Below are positions 18,860-24,814 of a DNA stretch of 64,000 nucleotides, in pieces. The stretch is from an uncultured Staphylococcaceae bacterium. GTDB lineage: Bacteria; Bacillota_I; Bacilli_A; RFN20; CAG-826. Numbering within the stretch: position 1 is the stretch's first letter; the number at the start of each line of letters is the position of its first letter. The position numbers and the translations under genes are program-made. The stretch covers positions 1,574-65,573 of the forward strand of contig CAYMRJ010000002.1 of the NCBI GenBank assembly GCA_964392865.1, given 5' to 3'. The notes beneath the pieces are model-generated. The model was given only the letters and a program-made list of their open reading frames with translations. It was not told the DNA's origin and searched no databases.

Positions 18860-20038
18860 ATGTTTAGGCTTCTTAGGGTCAAGGCCAGCGGGTTCAGAAA
18901 CCTTTCTGACGGAATCGAAATCAACCTTCTTAGCCGTACGCGGATATACGAAACCGATCCCATAAAGCAGATCCTCGAGGTCGACGAGAACCTCCACACC
19001 TTCAAAAGCGTAGCTGTCGTCGGCAACAATTCTTCCGGCAAGACGAGCGTCCTATGGCTTCTCATAACCGCCGTTTGGTTTCTATACAGGGGACGCTTCC
19101 CGGTCGATCTTTCCAATTTCGGAAATGACGAGATGGAACTCGAAACGGACTTTTACTTAAGAGGGAAAATCTATTTCTACAAGGTCAGGTTCAAGAAGCC
19201 GGCTCCGTCGGTCCTAGTCCAAGAAGACGATGTCGAGATCCTCGAGGAAAGCCTTTCTTCCATCAGGTACTCCGGCTATCTCGGGAAAAAGGCCCTTGAT
19301 AGGAAGGCAGCCGCCAAGATCGAGCCCTTGGCCGAGAGCTTCGGGGGAAGCTCTTCCATAAGGAATCTGCTACGGGGAGAGATCAATTTCGCTTTCTTCG
19401 ATACGAATCGGATCGGAGGCCCCATGCAATCCCTTGTTTCCGATTCCTTTTTCCTGACCCTCGAGCAGGCCGATCCGAAGATGAAGAACCTCGTCCTCGG
19501 CCTTCTCGACGATTCGATTGCCACCTTGGAGCTCATCAACGGCGATCTCGTCGAATTCGCAAGGGTCGGAGAAGAGAAGAGGGTCATCACCAGGAGCCAG
19601 CTCATCACCCTTCTTTCGGCCGGGACGATCCGGGGCCTCGAACTCTTCATCAAAATCGATGCCATCCTTCGCTCCGGCGGCATCCTTTTCGTCGATGAAC
19701 TCGAGACTTCCTTCCATAAGGAATTGGTAAGGACGATCCTTTCCTTCTTCAATAGCTACTCGACCAATCCCCTCGGGGCGCAGCTATTTTTCACCACCAA
19801 CATGACGACCTGCCTCAACTTCCTGAGCCGCCGGGACGCCATCTTCATCACCCATCGCAACGGCAAGGTCGTCTCCTGCGTCAATCTCAAGGACGGCTAC
19901 GACGCCCGGAGCGATCTCCGCCTCAGCAACCAGATGGATGCCGGCGACTTCGGCACCAACGTCGACTACGAGAAACTAATGGATGTGAAGGAGGAGATCA
20001 TGGATGCCGTCCGTTTTGCTGATGTGCGAGGGGCGTAG
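18860..20038 (+). CDS. ABC/SMC-type (AAA_15/AAA_21-like) ATPase, copy A1 of tandem triplet
   Basis: Walker A GNNSSGKTS. Signature-like LSAGTIRGLELF. Walker B ILFVDELETSFH. The H-loop position reads TTN (Asn, not His). SD AAAGGAGGG lies upstream. Confidence 0.8.
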   Translation: MFRLLRVKASGFRNLSDGIEINLLSRTRIYETDPIKQILEVDENLHTFKSVAVVGNNSSGKTSVLWLLITAVWFLYRGRFPVDLSNFGNDEMELETDFYLRGKIYFYKVRFKKPAPSVLVQEDDVEILEESLSSIRYSGYLGKKALDRKAAAKIEPLAESFGGSSSIRNLLRGEINFAFFDTNRIGGPMQSLVSDSFFLTLEQADPKMKNLVLGLLDDSIATLELINGDLVEFARVGEEKRVITRSQLITLLSAGTIRGLELFIKIDAILRSGGILFVDELETSFHKELVRTILSFFNSYSTNPLGAQLFFTTNMTTCLNFLSRRDAIFITHRNGKVVSCVNLKDGYDARSDLRLSNQMDAGDFGTNVDYEKLMDVKEEIMDAVRFADVRGA

Positions 20039-20567
20039 CGAAACCCACGTCGTCTCGATTCTTCTTTACCGCAATCTCCTTAGGTGGAAGAACTCCGATC
20101 TCCTATCGCGGGAACCGATGACCGCCAGGCAGTTGGACGAGGCCATCGAGGGCGCGATCCTCGGCGCCAAGCGCGGCGAGGCCGTCGAGGTCTTCCGCAT
20201 CGGCGACAAGCTAAGCGACGCCTTCAGGAAATCCAGGAATCCCGCGGTCAATAGGCGATTGGTCTATCCCGCCGCCAAGGTTTTGACGAAACCGGAACTC
20301 GAAGTCCTTTTCCTCATATGGGAAGACCGCTACTCCGAATACCTAAGCTGGAAGAAGGGAAGGCATCCGAGCGGTCCCAGCGATTACTACAAAACCCTCC
20401 ATCCCGAATATCACAAGGACGCGGTCTATCTCCATGACTACTTCGCCAAGATGGGCAATGGCGAGATAGTCGCGATGCTCAAGGCCTACAAGGAGAAGCG
20501 CTACGGAGCCCATGCCAAGGACGAGCTCTGCCTTTACGACCTCTTAAGGGAAGATCTCAAGAAATGA
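20004..20567 (+). CDS. RloB/Toprim-like small partner protein B1 (187 aa)
   Basis: Overlaps A1 by 35 nt. The N-terminus VLLMCEGRSE and internal KPELEVLFLIWED resemble the CEGxxTE and FELWLL motifs of RloB/AbiLii-type proteins. This is a by-eye assignment. Confidence 0.55.
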   Translation: MPSVLLMCEGRSETHVVSILLYRNLLRWKNSDLLSREPMTARQLDEAIEGAILGAKRGEAVEVFRIGDKLSDAFRKSRNPAVNRRLVYPAAKVLTKPELEVLFLIWEDRYSEYLSWKKGRHPSGPSDYYKTLHPEYHKDAVYLHDYFAKMGNGEIVAMLKAYKEKRYGAHAKDELCLYDLLREDLKK

Positions 20568-20657
20568 TCCATCTGCAATTTCGGCGTTTTACAAAACACC
20601 AAAAAGCGGAATTTTGCGGAGACTTGTTGATTAAGGTGCTTAAATAAGCAGAAAACC

Positions 20658-20667
20658 TGTTTATAAT
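20658..20667 (+). promoter_or_regulatory. Possible extended -10 promoter element for A2
   Basis: TGTTTATAAT lies 28 nt upstream of the A2 start. No convincing -35. Confidence 0.35.
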
Positions 20668-20694
20668 TGCATTACGGAAACAAGGAACCGACGA

Positions 20695-21861
20695 ATGTTC
20701 AAATTGCTGAGAGTCAATGCCAGCGGCCTCCGCCTTTTGGAAGACGGAATCGAGATCAATCTCCTGAACCGTTCCAAGGTCATGGACGAAGATTTCGATC
20801 GCGAGCTGATGGCAATCGAAGAGAATCTCAATACCTTCAAGGTAGTTTCTATAGTAGGCGGCAATTCATCCGGCAAAAGCAGCGTCCTTTATCTTTTGAT
20901 CTGGGCTTATCTGCTTCTCCTCGAAGGAAGGCTATACGCCCTTCCCGGCGATTTCCGCGGGGAAGAAGCCCATATGGAAATCGTTTTCTACCTCGACGGG
21001 ACGGTCTATTTCTACGAGGCGACCTTCCAAAAGCCCCAGGATGACATTTCCTTCAGGCGCTTTCCCAACATCTTGGAAGAAAGCCTCCGGAGCATCCCCT
21101 ATACCAAAAGGAAGGGCCGCCACGTCTTGGAAATGAAGGAATCGGCCAAGGAAGAGAAGCTTCCCAAAAGCATCGTCGGGGGCTCGGCCATCGCCGAAAT
21201 GGACAAGGGGATGCATTTCAGCTTCTTCGCCGAAAACCAGACCGACCTCATCGCGACCGGTTTGATGGTCAACCGCTCCTTCTTCGACCAATTGGCCAAG
21301 GCCGATATGAATGTGGCCATCCGCTTCGCCCGTTTGCTCGATCCATCCATCGCCTCGATCAGGCTATTGCCCGGCGAACTCGTCGAATTCGCAAGGAACG
21401 GGGAAGAGCCGAAGACCATTACCCGGAACCAATTGATCGGCTTGCTTTCATCCGGGACCATCAGGGGGCTCGAGCTTTTCCTACGGGCCTACGAGATGCT
21501 TAAAACCGGCGGCACACTCGTGGTCGACGAGGTCGAAAATTCCCTCCACAAGGACATCGTCGGGAACCTCATCTTCCTTTTCACGGACTTCGAGACCAAT
21601 CCGCGGAAAGCCCAGCTGATCTTCACGACCCATTCGATGGAAACCCTCAACCTCATCAAGCGCCTCGACGCCATCTACGTCGCCCAGAAGGAAGGAAATA
21701 GGATTTCCCTAAGAAACCTCAAAGGCGACCTCAAGGTCCGTTCGGGCCTGCTCATCAGCCATCAGTTCGATGCCGGGATCTTCGGCACGAACCTGAACTA
21801 CGACCTCCTTCTTGAGGTCAGGAAGGGGATCGCCGATGAGCTTGGCTCTGGTGATGTGTGA
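20695..21861 (+). CDS. ABC/SMC-type ATPase, copy A2
   Basis: Collinear with A1 (roughly half the residues identical by eye). Walker A GGNSSGKSS, LSSGTIRGLELF, Walker B LVVDEVENSLH, H-loop TTHS intact. Confidence 0.8.
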   Translation: MFKLLRVNASGLRLLEDGIEINLLNRSKVMDEDFDRELMAIEENLNTFKVVSIVGGNSSGKSSVLYLLIWAYLLLLEGRLYALPGDFRGEEAHMEIVFYLDGTVYFYEATFQKPQDDISFRRFPNILEESLRSIPYTKRKGRHVLEMKESAKEEKLPKSIVGGSAIAEMDKGMHFSFFAENQTDLIATGLMVNRSFFDQLAKADMNVAIRFARLLDPSIASIRLLPGELVEFARNGEEPKTITRNQLIGLLSSGTIRGLELFLRAYEMLKTGGTLVVDEVENSLHKDIVGNLIFLFTDFETNPRKAQLIFTTHSMETLNLIKRLDAIYVAQKEGNRISLRNLKGDLKVRSGLLISHQFDAGIFGTNLNYDLLLEVRKGIADELGSGDV

Positions 21862-21979
21862 AGGCGCTACGAGCAGAACCTTCTTAATGCTGAAGGAATA
21901 TAGGGAAAAGCGCTTCGGCGCCCACGAAAAAGGCGAACTCTGCCTCTACGACCTCTTAAGGGAAGACCTGAAGAAATAA
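21836..21979 (+). pseudogene. In-frame internal-deletion remnant (47 codons) of the RloB/Toprim-like partner (B2)
   Basis: Translation is MSLALVMCEGATSRTFLMLKEYREKRFGAHEKGELCLYDLLREDLKK. It matches B1 residues ~1-13 and ~155-187 and lacks the ~140 central codons. The start overlaps the A2 end by 26 nt, as in A1/B1. Confidence 0.6.
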
Positions 21980-22023
21980 GCGGATAGATTGGCCATTTTC
22001 CTTCGACTAAAACCGGATTTTCG

Positions 22024-22052
22024 TTGACAAAATCTAGGTTTTGTGGCATATT
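22024..22052 (+). promoter_or_regulatory. Sigma-A type promoter for A3
   Basis: TTGACA (22024-22029), 17-nt spacer, TGg-CATATT extended -10 (22044-22052). SD AGGAGG at 22090-22095 sits 7 nt before the TTG start. Confidence 0.55.
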
Positions 22053-22102
22053 AAATATAACTAGGGACGGCTTACGCCCCCGTTCACATAGGAGGTAAGA
22101 AT

Positions 22103-23026
22103 TTGACGAAGATTTTGCGCGTCAAGGCTTTCGGCTTTGCTCCTTTGGCCGACGGCAACGAACTCGATTTCGCATCCAAGGAAAGGAAGCCCGGAAAGGC
22201 CGGGAAGGAGGTGGCGAAGATCACCGAGGGCCTATATTGTCCTAAGGCCCTCGGCCTCAAAGGCCCGAAGGCGGAAAGGGATGGGGCGATCCGCCTTCTG
22301 GTCCTCGTTTCCAGCCTTTTGACGAGCGGCTATTTCCGCGCCAGGCCGAGCGAATTCGTCGGGGAACGCATCACCCTGGAAATCGATTTCTACAAAAGGG
22401 GGAAGATCTTTTTCTTCAAAGGCTCGTTCTTCCGGGATGAATATCTCCTCAAATCCCAGCCGGCCATGCTGAAGGGAGAAGAACTCAAATGCCGGGCTTG
22501 GAACAAACCGGAAGAAAGCCCCAAGACCATCATGTCTTTCCCCTATACCAATCCTTTTTCGGTCATCAACGAATATACTTACGGCTTCCATTACTCCTTC
22601 TTCGCGCCGGAGAAAGCGATAAACAAGGCCACGGGCGGCATGCATTTCGTCCGCGCCCTATTGGATGCTAGTCCAGCTGATCTCATCGAGGCCGCCCGCC
22701 TCACCGACCCTGCCATTTCCGTGCTTTCCGTCCGGGAAGACGACCGCTATGAATTCGCTTACGAGGGCGAGCCGACCAAAGTTTTGAATCCCAAAGGCCT
22801 CATCGCCTTCCTCGGGGAGAAGAAGGCCATCGCCCTTACCCTTTATCTCAAGGCCCTGGAAATCCTCTCGATCGGCGGGATCCTTCTGCTTAGGGGATTG
22901 GACGATCCGCGTCTAAGCAAGGAAGCGGCCGATAAGGTCCTGGAGCTATTCAAGGACGGGCACCATAACCGTCATAAAGCCCAGCTCATCTTCACGGCCG
23001 AGCCGGTTGGCTCCAGTTCCCTTTAG
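22103..23026 (+). CDS. Degenerate, C-terminally truncated paralog A3 of the ATPase (all nucleotide-binding motifs lost)
   Basis: The N-terminus MTKILRVKAFGFAPLADG is collinear with A1/A2. The Walker A position reads GLKGPKAERDG. The signature position reads FLGEKKAIALTLY. Walker B reads ILLLRGLDDPRL. It ends just after KAQLIFTAEP. Confidence 0.6.
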   Translation: MTKILRVKAFGFAPLADGNELDFASKERKPGKAGKEVAKITEGLYCPKALGLKGPKAERDGAIRLLVLVSSLLTSGYFRARPSEFVGERITLEIDFYKRGKIFFFKGSFFRDEYLLKSQPAMLKGEELKCRAWNKPEESPKTIMSFPYTNPFSVINEYTYGFHYSFFAPEKAINKATGGMHFVRALLDASPADLIEAARLTDPAISVLSVREDDRYEFAYEGEPTKVLNPKGLIAFLGEKKAIALTLYLKALEILSIGGILLLRGLDDPRLSKEAADKVLELFKDGHHNRHKAQLIFTAEPVGSSSL

Positions 23027-23058
23027 ATAGCCAAGGTCTTCGGCCATGAATTTTCGAA

Positions 23059-23126
23059 AATGGCCCCCTAAAGGGCGGCGCTTCCATTTATAATGTGTAA
23101 GCCAACCGGCCCCTTAGGGGGCCATT
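23059..23126. repeat. 13-bp perfect inverted repeat bracketing the rnj upstream TATAAT
   Basis: AATGGCCCCCTAA (23059-23071) and TTAGGGGGCCATT (23114-23126). TATAAT at 23089-23094 lies in the 42-nt spacer. A local hairpin GGCCCC-TTAG-GGGGCC lies at 23107-23122. Confidence 0.6.
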
Positions 23127-23140
23127 CATCAATAAGCCAT

Positions 23141-24814
23141 ATGAACGACAAGATCAGGATAATCGCCTTGGGCGGCCTCGACGAAGACGGAAAGAACTGC
23201 CTCCTCGTCGACGTCTCGGGCGAGCTTTACGTCGTCGGGTGCGGCCTGCGCTACCCCGATAGGACGATGCCGGGGATCGATTACGTCATCCCCAATTTCG
23301 ATTACCTCAAGGAAAGGAAGAAGGACGTCAAAGCCTACTTCCTCCTGCAGGGCCACGAAGACGATATGGCGGCCATCGCCTATGTCTACAAAGACGTCCC
23401 GGCTCCGGTCTACGCCAGCGAGACGACCATCGCCATGCTCAAGGTCTTCACGGCCCAAAGTTCCCTTGACCCGGACATGTACGACTTCCATCCGGTTCTC
23501 CCGACCTCGAGCTTCAAGGTGGGGGAGAGGAAGATCCGCTTTTTCCATACTTCCCATAACATCGCCGATTCCTCCGGCATCGCCATTTCGACGAGCCTCG
23601 GGAACATCGTCGTCACCGGCGACTTCGTCGTCGAAAACAACGCCAAGCCCGGCTTCCTCCACGATGCCGTCGCCATCGCGAAATTGGCGGAAGAAGATAC
23701 CTTGGTCCTATTGGCCGAAAGCAAGTATGCGGCCAAGGCCGGCTATACGGCCCCGAAGTACAAGCTCGCTCCGCTTGTGGAGCGCGATATCAAAGACGCC
23801 CCGGGCCGCGTCTTCGTTTCCGTCTTCAGTAGCAACGCCTACAACATCGCCGAAGTCATCGACATGGCCGTGGCGAGCCGCAAGAAAGTCGTCTGCTACG
23901 ACAAGGAAAGCGAAGAGATCCTCAGGACCCTCCAAGGGAGCGGACACCTTCAGATACCGAAGGCCAACTACGCTCCCGTCGACGACATCAGGCGCCTAAG
24001 GGAAAACGAAGAAATCATTCTCATTCTCGGTAGAGGCAGCAAGCTCTATAGCAAGATCGCCCTTTTGGCCGGGGGCCAAAGCGAGGATAAGCGCATCGTC
24101 TTGGGCCCTGAAGATACCTTCATCGTCGCCGCTCCCAGCAACGACAATACCGAACTCGAATTCACCGACGCCGTCGATGAGCTCTATAGGACGGGCGCCA
24201 AGATCAAGAACCTCAGCAAAAAGACGCTTCTCCGCATGCACGCTTCGGAAGAAGACCTGAAGATGATGATCGGGATTCTGAAACCGAAGTACTACATCCC
24301 GGTCAAAGGCTTCTTCAAGGATCTGCTCACCAATGCCCAGGTCGCCCTTTCGATGGGCATCAGCCTGAGCCACCAGAATGTCTTCCTTCTCGAAAATGGG
24401 ATCTCCGTCCTTATTGACGAAAAAGGCGGACGCCTCGTCGACGAAGGCATCAAGCACGGCGACATCATGATCGACGGGATCGGGGTCGGAGATGTCGGCT
24501 CCAATGTCCTTAGCGACCGCGAAAAGCTTAGCGAAGGCGTCGTCATACTCGGCCTCACGATCTCGAAAGGGAAGAGGGCCATCGTCGCCGGGCCGGACGT
24601 CCAGATGCGGGGCTTCGTCTTCGCCAGGGACGCCGACAGCGTTACCAGGGAAGTAAGCCGGCTTTTCCTTACGACCGTCGAGGAAAATTTGGCCCAAGAG
24701 AATTACCGTTTGGACGAACTCAAGCAAACGGTCTATGAGCGCTGCGCCCGCACCATCAGGCGGACGACCGGCAGGGAACCGATGGTCCTGCCGCTGATCA
24801 TCGAGGTGGCCTGA
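23141..24814 (+). CDS. rnj: Ribonuclease J homolog with substituted catalytic motifs (probable inactive J2-like paralog)
   Basis: RNase J collinearity (IRIIALGGLDEDGKN, FFHTSHNIADS, VTGDF). However, motif II reads QGHEDD (canonical HGHEDH), beta-CASP motif B reads HASEE (HxSGH), and motif C reads PVKG (PxHG). The start was taken at MNDKIRII. Confidence 0.85.
   Translation: MNDKIRIIALGGLDEDGKNCLLVDVSGELYVVGCGLRYPDRTMPGIDYVIPNFDYLKERKKDVKAYFLLQGHEDDMAAIAYVYKDVPAPVYASETTIAMLKVFTAQSSLDPDMYDFHPVLPTSSFKVGERKIRFFHTSHNIADSSGIAISTSLGNIVVTGDFVVENNAKPGFLHDAVAIAKLAEEDTLVLLAESKYAAKAGYTAPKYKLAPLVERDIKDAPGRVFVSVFSSNAYNIAEVIDMAVASRKKVVCYDKESEEILRTLQGSGHLQIPKANYAPVDDIRRLRENEEIILILGRGSKLYSKIALLAGGQSEDKRIVLGPEDTFIVAAPSNDNTELEFTDAVDELYRTGAKIKNLSKKTLLRMHASEEDLKMMIGILKPKYYIPVKGFFKDLLTNAQVALSMGISLSHQNVFLLENGISVLIDEKGGRLVDEGIKHGDIMIDGIGVGDVGSNVLSDREKLSEGVVILGLTISKGKRAIVAGPDVQMRGFVFARDADSVTREVSRLFLTTVEENLAQENYRLDELKQTVYERCARTIRRTTGREPMVLPLIIEVA

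Noticed and set aside
18737-23140. Calling the ATPase/Toprim-like block a mobile element or genomic island.
   Set aside because: There is no integrase, transposase or recombinase ORF, no flanking direct or inverted repeats, no adjacent tRNA, and no obvious compositional shift by eye. It is treated as a chromosomal accessory locus instead.
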